Positions 9,340 through 18,120 of a stretch of DNA of 64,000 bases are shown in pieces (the stretch's first letter is position 1; each line of letters starts with the position of its first letter). Source of the DNA: a virus; the IMG/VR virus record IMGVR_UViG_2921643360_000001, positions 1 through 64,000 of that record. One strand, 5' to 3'. The notes below the pieces were generated by a model. It did no database searches, was not told the DNA's origin, and saw only the letters and a program-made list of their open reading frames with translations. A program made the translations under genes and the position numbers.

Positions 9340-9607
9340 GATGTGTAGTCCTATTTGAGAGGGTTACTTCGCTACGTCAGCCCGACACCCGAGTTGTTCC
9401 GCCTACGGCTAGCGACGCAATAACGGCTCGGGATTGGGCTGCATCCGCTTTCACCCTGGCGAATCAGCCGATCCACGGTCGATTCGTCAGGGCTCAGGGC
9501 ATCCCACCCTGAATGAACCTCTTCAGCCGGTCTGGCTTCGTTCGCTTGCTGAAGGCGAGACACTTCGGTTCGGCTCTGTGCGATCGACACGCGGCACCAG
9601 CGGGGTA

Positions 9608-9730
9608 CTACCAGAACTTCGCGATGAAGTGAAAGATTGCGTAGACGCCAAGCCCAACGAATCCGAGCCAGAAAAGCGTGAACAGAACCGCCATCAGTTC
9701 AACCGTTGTAAATCCCTTTTGCTTCTTCAT
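9608..9730 (-). CDS. 40-aa hydrophobic peptide with prepilin-like N-terminus (not in ORF track)
   Basis: My own translation: MKKQKGFTTVELMAVLFTLFWLGFVGLGVYAIFHFIAKFW. Strong GGGAGGA RBS. Its ATG overlaps the stop of the next small ORF (ATGA). Confidence 0.4.
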   Translation of the reverse strand: MKKQKGFTTVELMAVLFTLFWLGFVGLGVYAIFHFIAKFW

Positions 9731-9858
9731 GCTTCCTCCCTCACTCCGATACGAAGCCTTTCATCGCGACGCTCGACCATCGAACCGCCTCGGCAGAGCG
9801 CCCAGGCGATCAGGCAGACGCCAGCCCAGACGGCGGCTATGATTTGAATGGTGGTCAT
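9721..9858 (-). CDS. 45-aa small membrane protein (not in ORF track)
   Basis: My own translation: MTTIQIIAAVWAGVCLIAWALCRGGSMVERRDERLRIGVREEA. GAGGT RBS. ATG is 2 nt downstream of the stop of 9860..10240. Confidence 0.35.
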
Positions 9859-9859
9859 G

Positions 9860-10240
9860 TCAAACCTCGATTTCGATGGGGACGGCGATAGCCAGAAGCT
9901 TCAACCGGTTGCCATCAGCGTTGCTCAGCGCCTCGGCCTCAGTCTGAAATGCGCCAGCATCAAGCGCGATCGAGTCTTCCGCCTGAGCGTCGTACACATT
10001 TACGAAAACAATCCGCTTTGGCTTGGATGCCATGCGCAGGCGATCAGCACTGAAACCTCGCGTACAGCCGGCATTGTCTTCGGCCCAGATGGTTTCGTGA
10101 CTGTCGATGCCTACATACACGACTGGATAACAATCGCCAAGATCTCCGGCCGGGGTTGCCATGATCGGCTCGCCGCGCTTGGCGGCTTCAAGGTTGAATG
10201 GCTTCAAGTCAGACTCCGGGTATGTTCGGTAGACCAGCAA
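9860..10240 (-). CDS. hypothetical protein
   Basis: 126-aa ORF. Confidence 0.4.
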   Translation of the reverse strand: MLVYRTYPESDLKPFNLEAAKRGEPIMATPAGDLGDCYPVVYVGIDSHETIWAEDNAGCTRGFSADRLRMASKPKRIVFVNVYDAQAEDSIALDAGAFQTEAEALSNADGNRLKLLAIAVPIEIEV

Positions 10241-10498
10241 TCCCCTGTTCCTGCCATTGCATGAACGAGCTACGGGTCAAGGTCGGGTGGACGAAGACGA
10301 TCATCGCGGCGCCATACCGCATGCGATAGAGTTGGTTCATTGTCATCTCCTACGCCCAGACAACGCTGTCAAGGCTCACATAAACCGAATCCAGCACCCT
10401 TCCCGTCCGGGTTACCCGGTCGATGCGGTAGACGAATCCAAGGTGCTGCAACTTCTCCTGGGCTATCGTCATCAATCTGTGCACTGCGCGTTGGGGGT

Positions 10499-10864
10499 TC
10501 ATGATTGGCTCGCTAGCAATGCTTCGATCCGATCAGCCACTTCTCCGGGCGTTGTGCGGTCGCCATTCGGATAATGCGGCGAATAGAACAGGTCGCTTGA
10601 TACAGGGCCACTCAGTTCGAAGAACTCTTCGACCGCGTCCCACGATTCGTACCCGTTGAAATTCGGAACATCGTCGACCAACTTCAAACCTTGGTCTGTG
10701 AAAACCTTGTTGAAGCACGCATGGCCTACGGCGCAAGCCGTTGTTCCGCATGAGTTTTCATCGTCATGCCAACGGGCAAGATCGAACCTGATGGCGTCTT
10801 CCGGCAGGTTTCGCAGCATGGTCACCATTTGCTGCAAGCGTTCACGGTTCATTTCAGCCTCCAT
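10499..10864 (-). CDS. hypothetical protein
   Basis: 121-aa ORF. Confidence 0.4.
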   Translation of the reverse strand: MEAEMNRERLQQMVTMLRNLPEDAIRFDLARWHDDENSCGTTACAVGHACFNKVFTDQGLKLVDDVPNFNGYESWDAVEEFFELSGPVSSDLFYSPHYPNGDRTTPGEVADRIEALLASQS

Positions 10865-10956
10865 GCATCCATCGCCTCAACAGCGATAATCGCTAGCAGA
10901 GCGAAAGTGGTGGGGAGTAGTTCGAGGTGGGTGAAGAGGGACATGGCGGCGGCCGG

Positions 10957-11370
10957 TTAGGCGGCTTTCTTGAACGTCCGGACGACCACCATCTTTTCTT
11001 CCTCGGTGACGTCCAGGTTGTAGGCCTCATCCATCCAGTCGATAGCCTCGGGCTCGCCGTGCTTGCCACCGCCGTACCAGTATGTCCAGCCTACCCATGA
11101 GCCGTCTGGAGCCTTAGCGGCTACCGACTTGCTCTCGTAGTGCCGCGACGACTGGCAGGGAAGTTTCGTTTCAACTTCGCCTTCGCGAACCTCGTAGATC
11201 GCGTCCCACTTGTCCTCGCACTCGTCGTACAGATCGTCGATGTTGTCGGCGGTCACTTCGACTTCAATCGGCGTCTCGGCCCAGTCGGCGATTCTGGCGA
11301 GGATGATGTGTTTGATCTTTTGTTCGGGCGTCATGTCTGCTCCAATAGTTGTCCTAACCGCATTGCACAA
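10957..11370 (-). CDS. hypothetical acidic protein
   Basis: 137-aa ORF; first gene downstream of the 700-bp ORF-free leader. Confidence 0.4.
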   Translation of the reverse strand: MCNAVRTTIGADMTPEQKIKHIILARIADWAETPIEVEVTADNIDDLYDECEDKWDAIYEVREGEVETKLPCQSSRHYESKSVAAKAPDGSWVGWTYWYGGGKHGEPEAIDWMDEAYNLDVTEEEKMVVVRTFKKAA

Positions 11371-12083
11371 AATACTGACGGGAGGGCGCTGTTACTGTGC
11401 CGCCGACTTCGGCTAACCTACTGCACCGCCATGCGCATGTTTCAGCGATGGGCTAACGTGGCTCAGTTTCGCGGGTACTCGTCGTTGGCAGGGAGCCCAG
11501 CGGGCCCTTTCGTCAATACTCGTCTCATGGAACGGGGCCGGCGGTTTCCATCTGATCCGGCTTGGGGCGTGGCACTGATTCCCCGCTTGTACGGCATATG
11601 CCGCTCATACCACCTATCACCGGAAGTTCGCGCCATTTAGGTCGTTCGACCGCAGGACTACCAGAGCCGGTTTCGATCTTGCTGCCCGTCACCACCGGGC
11701 TACCCGTTCCATCAAACTGCTTCTTCGGACCCATCCGGCTACACCTGGCAGGCCAGCTCCGGCCTGGGTCCGTCCTACTCCTCCACCAACCGCGCAACTC
11801 ACAAGGTCACGCGACTGCCGCAGGTGCGTTCGCTTTCTACTCGAGCGAACAGCTTTGTTCCGAGCTGCGAAAAGAAACCCCGCAGAATGGTTGGCTTAAC
11901 TACGCCTTTTGCGCACCATGGGCGCGACGTACTGTGAAGTTGTTAAAGAGCCCTCAGACTGCGAGGTGCGCCGTTGCGCGGTGTTGCTGGTATGGATAGA
12001 ACGATAGCAAACGCTCTCGAAGAACGCAAGCAAAAGCTATCGTTGATCGATAAATTTTTTTAGCGCTAGTGTTGCGCAGAAAC

Positions 12084-12105
12084 AAAAAAGCCCGCCGAAG
12101 CGGGC
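12084..12105 (-). terminator. rho-independent terminator downstream of the repressor gene
   Basis: GCCCGC-CGAA-GCGGGC hairpin, followed on the minus strand by TTTTTTGTTT. Lies 23 nt past the cI stop. Confidence 0.7.
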
Positions 12106-12127
12106 TGAACAAGCGTTTGAGTGTTTT

Positions 12128-12910
12128 TCAGGTGCTGCGATACATGCCGGATCCGCGCGGCACGATGGCGCCTACACGATGGATAGACACGATATCGGCC
12201 AGCGACCTCGTGATTGGAGGAATGCCATTGTTGATCGAACCAAGGCTGACTTCCTCATCACGGATCCACAACAATTCTTTGACGACAGCGCTGCCGTCGA
12301 CAAACTTGACCACCACATCATCACCCGGAAGAGCTTCGACGCCGGGTTCCACAACGATGTGTTCGCCACTCTTTATGCGCGGCCTCATGCTATCGCCGCG
12401 CACCTTCAAACCATAGGCCGTTGGGTCTGGTGAATGGATGTTGAGCCATCCATGGCCGTGACCTGGCGGATAGTCGTCGATACTGATAAACCCATCCGGC
12501 CCACCCTGCACTTCCCCGACCACGGCTATATCCCTCCCAGCCTTTAGTTCCAATCGCTCGCCAACGTTTGCTTCTGCTCGTGGCAGGCCTTCGATACTAG
12601 CCCCACCTTTCGGGACCGAAGGCGCAATCATGCCTGACTTTTGCCGGTTCTTCGAGATATCAGTGTCCGCTGAAATGTGGTTGCCGGTGACGCCCAAATC
12701 GAAGTAGAGAGTCGGCAAGCCAAGTTCGGACTCGAGTCGCCGCGCAGCTCCTTCGCCGAACCCGCGTCCCTCCCGATAGTTCGGGTTCAGCAGTTGTCGG
12801 ATCCGAGCCGCATCCTGGTTGTGCAGTCGAGCGAATTCAGCGGCGACCCCTCCCGCCTCCCTGTCCACTAGTTCCTGTAGCCGCTTACGGCGGTGCGCAT
12901 GTATGTCCAT
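12128..12910 (-). CDS. cI-type repressor (N-terminal HTH + C-terminal S24 LexA-like autopeptidase)
   Basis: S24 Ser/Lys dyad motifs (GDSMRPRIKSGEHIVVEP; VVKELL). Transcribed divergently from a cro-like gene. Start chosen at MDIHAHRRKRLQ (ATG 12908-12910). Confidence 0.85.
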   Translation of the reverse strand: MDIHAHRRKRLQELVDREAGGVAAEFARLHNQDAARIRQLLNPNYREGRGFGEGAARRLESELGLPTLYFDLGVTGNHISADTDISKNRQKSGMIAPSVPKGGASIEGLPRAEANVGERLELKAGRDIAVVGEVQGGPDGFISIDDYPPGHGHGWLNIHSPDPTAYGLKVRGDSMRPRIKSGEHIVVEPGVEALPGDDVVVKFVDGSAVVKELLWIRDEEVSLGSINNGIPPITRSLADIVSIHRVGAIVPRGSGMYRST

Positions 12911-12932
12911 GGCGGAATTAGAACCGAAAACT

Positions 12933-13001
12933 AGCATTTGCTGTGAAAGCAGAATTTATCATTTCAGCACGCAAATGCTTGCGTTTAGCGGAAGCATTTG
13001 C
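12933..13001. promoter_or_regulatory. operator region of the immunity switch (three copies of AGCATTTGC / GCAAATGCT)
   Basis: AGCATTTGC at 12933-12941 and 12993-13001; the inverted copy GCAAATGCT at 12971-12979. All lie in the 103-bp gap between the divergent repressor and cro starts. Confidence 0.55.
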
Positions 13002-13013
13002 TATCGTTTGTCC

Positions 13014-13343
13014 ATGGATACCTTTCGCACCTACTTCAAAGGGCTGACCAAGGCCGAACGCGACGCGCTCGCCAAACAGGTCGGTACGACGGCTGCCTAT
13101 CTCTGGCAGATCGCCTACAAACAGCGTCGCTGCAACGAGTCGATGGCTATCGAGATTGAGAAAGCATCGCAGCGCGCGGTGACGGTCGAAGACCTTCGTC
13201 CCGATGTCGACTGGGCGTACGTCCGGAACTCGGCTCAGTCGATTGCCGATAGTGAAATTGTAGACCGCGCGCAGGCGAGCGACGACGCGCAACCGCCTGT
13301 AGGTCGCGGGAGCGCAGCTAGACACAAAAAAAGCAGTCAATAA
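13014..13343 (+). CDS. Cro / YdaS-like HTH regulator
   Basis: Starts at the internal ATG (MDTFRTYFKGLTKAERDALAKQVGTTAAYLWQIAYKQRRC...). Small basic HTH protein opposite cI. The listed ORF starts at TTG inside the operator region. Confidence 0.6.
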   Translation: MDTFRTYFKGLTKAERDALAKQVGTTAAYLWQIAYKQRRCNESMAIEIEKASQRAVTVEDLRPDVDWAYVRNSAQSIADSEIVDRAQASDDAQPPVGRGSAARHKKSSQ

Positions 13344-13351
13344 CAGGCCGT

Positions 13352-13372
13352 CACCCCTCACGGCGAGGGGTG
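13352..13372 (+). promoter_or_regulatory. perfect 8-bp stem-loop (CACCCCTC-ACGGC-GAGGGGTG) just after cro
   Basis: Seen directly. No T-run follows it. Possible tR1-like pause or attenuator, or a nut-like structure. Confidence 0.4.
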
Positions 13373-13491
13373 CATACAACGATTTCACCAAGAGCATGTG
13401 GGGTTCATAGGGCTAGTAGTAGTTGAAAAATTTTACGTTGCATCCGAGCGGTTAGCGGATGGGTTAGCAAAATTTTCGATACGAGGCACTT

Positions 13492-13842
13492 ATGGACGAC
13501 GAACTGGCAATGGTTGGCGGGATGGTGAAGCGGCCTGATTTCCTGCCTGACGAAGTGATTGATGCCTGCAAGAGCTACCGCGATGCGGTCAGGGTCTCGT
13601 GGGAATACCGAAGGATCAAGCAGATGCACCGCTGCACGCTGGCAGAAAGAATCGATCGGAAGGCGCAGCACGTTTCCGATTACCTCGCGCAGGATGACGA
13701 GCCACATCGGCGGAATCTTCCTGCCGATTCTCTCGATCTGTGGGCGTGTGCTGTTGGCAATTTCGGCGTCCAGCAATGGCTTAACCGCCAGTCACGCTTG
13801 ACGATTCTCGAGGAAGTGATTGCGGAGAGGGCTGCAGCATGA
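13492..13842 (+). CDS. CII-like transcriptional activator (HTH)
   Basis: 116 aa at the cII position in the switch. HTH-like segment QMHRCTLAERIDRKAQHVSDYLAQ. Confidence 0.45.
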   Translation: MDDELAMVGGMVKRPDFLPDEVIDACKSYRDAVRVSWEYRRIKQMHRCTLAERIDRKAQHVSDYLAQDDEPHRRNLPADSLDLWACAVGNFGVQQWLNRQSRLTILEEVIAERAAA

Positions 13843-14012
13843 CGCTACACAAACGCAACGAACTCCAGCGCGCCCAATGGGATGCGTATCTGGCCCGTCA
13901 GGACGTGTCGGTATTCGAACGCGTCTTGCGGTCGCCCATCACGTTCGGAATCGCCATGGCGGCTCTCTGTGCGCTGCCAGTCGTGGTCGTAGTTCTCTTG
14001 CTGGAGTGCTGA
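13839..14012 (+). CDS. hypothetical 57-aa membrane protein
   Basis: ATGA overlap with the upstream gene. C-terminal hydrophobic helix ITFGIAMAALCALPVVVVVLLLEC. Confidence 0.3.
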   Translation: MTLHKRNELQRAQWDAYLARQDVSVFERVLRSPITFGIAMAALCALPVVVVVLLLEC

Positions 14013-14013
14013 G

Positions 14014-14202
14014 ATGCGCGCTGACCAACGAGTAATTGATGACGCCCGTGAGGCTCGAATCGGCGAGTTGGCAGCGCGCATTGACGCCGCCGATACGGCA
14101 GAGGCGCGAGCAATCCTGTTTAGACAGATGAGAGATGAGATTAGACAGCGAAGCATCGAGCAAGTGTGCCGGATGGAAGCTGAGAAGGGGCTGAATCGAT
14201 AG
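14014..14202 (+). CDS. hypothetical small protein
   Basis: 62 aa, Arg/Glu-rich helical. Confidence 0.35.
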   Translation: MRADQRVIDDAREARIGELAARIDAADTAEARAILFRQMRDEIRQRSIEQVCRMEAEKGLNR

Positions 14203-14710
14203 AGACAGCGCCTTTCGTCCGGGCGAACAAATGCAACTGGGCCTGATTGGGCTGGCAGACGAGAAAACAACCGGGTGGCGAGCCCCGTAAAGCGCGCAGG
14301 ATCGGTCGGGGCGCTTGCAGGGGGCCTCGGGGTTAGGCGGACACAGACGCCAGCCAGGAACGACGCGAGATAGGGGTGACGCCGGGGACGGTGGAGACAG
14401 ATTGGCCTTCTGGAGTTGACGGGCAGCGTTCGATGACGACTGATTTTGCGAAACGTGTCACTGGTTATGCGGATTAAGAGTGCAACGTTGCACGCTTTTC
14501 GACGCCGCATAGTACTCCTCACCGCCGCAGGCGGCCGGTCCGGAGCTTTCACCCCAACCCCTGCATTAGTCGGGGTCCGTCCTGACAAAACGGAGGGGAA
14601 GGTGAAAAGGATGCTGAAGAAGATTCTGATCTGGCTGTACTGCCGCGGCGTGTTGAGCATGACAACAGTGGCGCGGATGTTTGAACGTTTCGACTTGAGA
14701 GGGCTGTAAC

Positions 14711-15556
14711 TTGATTACTGAATTGCAACTGCATCCGCTCTGCACTCTCTTCCCGAGAATTGTCGGTGCGGAATTTGAGGCGTTGAAGGCGGACATCGTC
14801 GCCAATGGCCTGCGTCAGCCGATTGTGGTCCACGACGGCATGATCCTGGACGGCGGCAATCGCTATCGTGCCTGTATCGAGGCTGGAATCGAACCGTCTA
14901 CGGTTGAATTTGATGGCGGCAATCTGGTGTCGTTCGTCCTGTCGGCCAATCTGCATCGCCGCCACCTGTCAGAAGGCCAGCATGCCGCAATCGTCGCGAG
15001 CGCCCAGCAATGGGAGTCCGCGCAATCGCAAGGGAGACCGAAGAAAACCGGTAACGTTACCGGATTATCGACAGTGGCAGAGAGACGGGCGGTATCTGGC
15101 GCAAGCGATAAGACGCAGCGCATGGCGGACAAGGTGGCGAGAGAGTCACCGGAACTCGCAAAGAAAGTCGCGCAAGGCGAAGTCAGCCTTCCTAAAGCAA
15201 TCAAGCAGCTCGCGCCTGCAAAGGCCGCCCCAGTAGCGGAACCTGAGCCCGAACAGGTCGAGGCCGCAGAGGAGGAGTTTGGCCCTAGCGCGGAAGAGAT
15301 CGCATTTCTTGAGGCGACCGAACAGGCCGACAGAGACGCCTATAACAACCTTGTCGAGATCGCAGCGGCTGACGACAAACTCGCCGAGGCGCTTGCACTG
15401 GTCGTCACGCAAACCCATGAGATCGCACGACTCAGGGCGCTTGTTCGTGTCGTAGAAGAGTCGCGCGACGGCAAGATGATGACGATCAACGAGCAGATCC
15501 GCACGATCAAATCATTGCAGCGAAAACTCGAAAAATTCGAAAGGACTGCGGCATGA
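14711..15556 (+). CDS. ParB-like nuclease-domain protein
   Basis: N-terminal ParB/Srx fold (LHPLCTLFPRI...GLRQPIVVHDGMILDGGNRYRACIEAGIE) and an acidic Ala-rich C-terminus. TTG start inferred. Confidence 0.7.
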   Translation: MITELQLHPLCTLFPRIVGAEFEALKADIVANGLRQPIVVHDGMILDGGNRYRACIEAGIEPSTVEFDGGNLVSFVLSANLHRRHLSEGQHAAIVASAQQWESAQSQGRPKKTGNVTGLSTVAERRAVSGASDKTQRMADKVARESPELAKKVAQGEVSLPKAIKQLAPAKAAPVAEPEPEQVEAAEEEFGPSAEEIAFLEATEQADRDAYNNLVEIAAADDKLAEALALVVTQTHEIARLRALVRVVEESRDGKMMTINEQIRTIKSLQRKLEKFERTAA

Positions 15557-17085
15557 ATCACGTTCTCTTTGAAGATCGGCCCAACTACGAGACTGTTAGC
15601 TTCCCTAAGCCGCGACCGTTCCAGACTTCGGCGCACGACCGGCTTCGCGAAGGACGGCGCGCAGGACACAAGAATCAACTCGTGATGGCTCCGACTGGCG
15701 CCGGCAAATCTTATCTTGGTCTCCGCATCGCTCATGAAGCATTGGCGAAGGGGCGCAAGGCGATTTTCGTTTGCGACCGCGAGGCGTTGATCGACCAGAC
15801 TAGCGAGGTCGCAGACAAATATGGCCTAAGCGCGCATGGAGTCATCAAGGCGAATCACTGGCGCGTAAATCGCGATATGCCATTCCAGATCGCGAGCGCG
15901 CAGACGTTGGCTCGTCGCGGATGGCCCGAAGATATGGACGTGATCATCATCGATGAAGCGCACACCCAGTACACGGTATGGCGAGATTACATCCCGAACT
16001 GCCGCGCGTCCGTCATTGGATTGTCTGCAACTCCGTTTTCAGATGGTCTAGGAAAGCTTTTTAGCAATCTGATCAATGCCACGACTATGCACGACCTCAC
16101 CGAATCCGGCGTGCTTGTGCCGATGCGCGTGTTCTCGTGCAAGAAAACCAATATGGACGGCGCTGCAACTCGCGGTGGCGAGTGGACCGATTCCGCCGCC
16201 GAGGAGCGCGGCATGGAAATCGTCGGTGATGTGGTGGCCGAATGGATGAAGCTTGGCGAAGGCCGCAAGACAATCGTCTTTGGTTCCACGATCAAGCATT
16301 GCGAGGAATTGTGCCGGGAATTCAATGCCGCTGGCGTGATGGCCGCCGTGTTCACATCTGAAACGCCGCCCGAACAGCGCAAGCCGCTCCTTGAGGAATA
16401 CCGAAAGCGTAACTCAGTGTTGCGCGTGCTGATTAGCGTTGAGGCTCTGGCGAAGGGATTTGATGTGCAGGATGTTGGCTGCGTTGTCGACTGTCGGCCT
16501 CTCCGCAAGTCTCTAAGCACGGCAATCCAAATGTGGGGAAGAGGCCTGCGTTCGTCGCCGGAAACTGGTAAGCAAGATTGCCTGCTTCTTGATCATAGCG
16601 GGAACATCACCCGGTTTTTGGATGACTACACCGACATTTTCTATAACGGCCTCGACGCGTTGGATGCTGGTGAAAAGCTGGATAAGGCGGTGCGCAAGGA
16701 GCCTGAAGAGAAGGAGGTGGTCGCCTGCCCTTCATGCGGCTATAAGCCTTTCGGACGGCGCTGCATGTCGTGCGGATTCGAGCCGAAATCTTCAGCCCTT
16801 GTGGAGGCCGTACCCGGTGAAATGCAGGAGGTCGTTATAGGAAAAAGGAAATTGGCCGACGACAAACGGCACCTATATGCGCAGATCTGCACATATGCGC
16901 GCTCCCATAGTGACCCAGACAAGCAGCGTGGGCGGGCGGCGCACCTTTATCGAAAAATCATGGGCGATTGGCCGCCACGTGACTTCGTGTTCGAGAAGAC
17001 GGAGAACGTCACCATCGAGCGCAACACACTGAACAAGATCAAATCAACCAACATTGCTGCGGCAAAGGCGCGCTCAAATGGCTGA
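15553..17085 (+). CDS. SF2 DEAD/DEAH-box DNA helicase with C-terminal zinc ribbon
   Basis: Walker A (MAPTGAGKS), DEAH box (IIIDEAH), SAT motif, helicase-C motifs, and CPSCG...CMSCG at the C-terminus. Confidence 0.85.
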   Translation: MNHVLFEDRPNYETVSFPKPRPFQTSAHDRLREGRRAGHKNQLVMAPTGAGKSYLGLRIAHEALAKGRKAIFVCDREALIDQTSEVADKYGLSAHGVIKANHWRVNRDMPFQIASAQTLARRGWPEDMDVIIIDEAHTQYTVWRDYIPNCRASVIGLSATPFSDGLGKLFSNLINATTMHDLTESGVLVPMRVFSCKKTNMDGAATRGGEWTDSAAEERGMEIVGDVVAEWMKLGEGRKTIVFGSTIKHCEELCREFNAAGVMAAVFTSETPPEQRKPLLEEYRKRNSVLRVLISVEALAKGFDVQDVGCVVDCRPLRKSLSTAIQMWGRGLRSSPETGKQDCLLLDHSGNITRFLDDYTDIFYNGLDALDAGEKLDKAVRKEPEEKEVVACPSCGYKPFGRRCMSCGFEPKSSALVEAVPGEMQEVVIGKRKLADDKRHLYAQICTYARSHSDPDKQRGRAAHLYRKIMGDWPPRDFVFEKTENVTIERNTLNKIKSTNIAAAKARSNG

Positions 17086-17941
17086 CTTCATTAGTTTTGC
17101 ACTTTCGCATGGCGTTGTTATCAACCGCTTGGATGACAGCGGGCGTATCAAACGCTGCGGCACGGTCGATCACCCGAAATCCACCAACGGCGCATACATG
17201 TGGGACGGGCAGCGTGGTTTTGCATTCGCATGGGACGCGGACGCAGAGCCGAAGTGGTTCAACGATCCGCACGCGAAGCCGTGGACCGAAGAGGAAAAGC
17301 GAGCGTTCGCAACGCGGCAAGACGCTGAGCGCCGCAAGAAAGTTGGGCGCTATCAGCAGGCAGCGAGGAATGCAGCGGAACTGATGAAGACGGCAGTTAT
17401 GGGCGAGCACAACTACTTCCATTACAAGGGTCTGCCCTTGGCTCGCGGTCTGGTGTTGCCTGATGGCGGTCTGTTCGTGCCGATGCGCGGTCTGAGTGGC
17501 GGTCTGCAGGGCGCGCAGACGATCCGATGGGATGCAGAGAACCGCACGTACGAAAAGAAGATGCTGTCGGGCATGCGGGCGAAAGGCGCCGTGCTGAAGC
17601 TTGGCCCGGCCCGATCGAACGAGACGGTGCTGTGTGAAGGCTACGCGACCGGCCTGTCGATCGAAATGGCAATCCGCCAGATGCGCCTGAATACTCAAGT
17701 GCTGGTGTGCTTCTCGGATTCAAACATGGCTTTCGTCGCGTCGAGCGTGAATGGTCGCAAGTTCGTGTTTGCCGATAACGATAAGTCTGGCGCTGGTGAG
17801 CGTGCGGCAAAGCAAACCGGCCTGCCCTATTGCATGAGCGAACAACTTGGAGAGGACGCTAATGATATGCACGTTCGGTCTGGCCTGATGGCGGTCTGTC
17901 AGAAAGTGATGGCGCTTAGACGAATGGATAAGGCGGCATGA
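17078..17941 (+). CDS. TOPRIM-domain DNA primase
   Basis: TOPRIM motifs (VLCEGYATGLSIE; VFADNDKSGAGE). N-terminal Zn-binding-like segment. Start ATG 17078 overlaps the helicase stop. Confidence 0.65.
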   Translation: MADFISFALSHGVVINRLDDSGRIKRCGTVDHPKSTNGAYMWDGQRGFAFAWDADAEPKWFNDPHAKPWTEEEKRAFATRQDAERRKKVGRYQQAARNAAELMKTAVMGEHNYFHYKGLPLARGLVLPDGGLFVPMRGLSGGLQGAQTIRWDAENRTYEKKMLSGMRAKGAVLKLGPARSNETVLCEGYATGLSIEMAIRQMRLNTQVLVCFSDSNMAFVASSVNGRKFVFADNDKSGAGERAAKQTGLPYCMSEQLGEDANDMHVRSGLMAVCQKVMALRRMDKAA

Positions 17942-18105
17942 TCCACGACCCAGCCAGATTACGCGAGGTCATCGAAGAAATCGCCGCTTGGCCCCTCGAC
18001 AAACGTCGCGAATACATCCGGCAAATCGAAGAGGCAAACGGAAAGTCCGCAGCAGATCAACTGCGAGCGGGGTTGGTGGAATTGTGGCGGGAACGGGATA
18101 AGTAG
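17938..18105 (+). CDS. hypothetical 55-aa protein
   Basis: ATGA-coupled to the primase stop. Confidence 0.3.
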   Translation: MIHDPARLREVIEEIAAWPLDKRREYIRQIEEANGKSAADQLRAGLVELWRERDK

Positions 18106-18120
18106 AGGGGAAGCGAGAAA

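Noticed and set aside
11562-11999. 145-aa plus-strand ORF inside the 700-bp ORF-free leader
   Set aside because: The composition (P/G/S/R-rich, no hydrophobic core pattern), the lack of an RBS and the opposite orientation to every flanking gene make it unlikely to be coding.
12179-12433. 84-aa plus-strand ORF and 65-aa minus ORF overlapping the repressor gene
   Set aside because: Nested in or antisense to the well-supported HTH-S24 repressor. No RBS.
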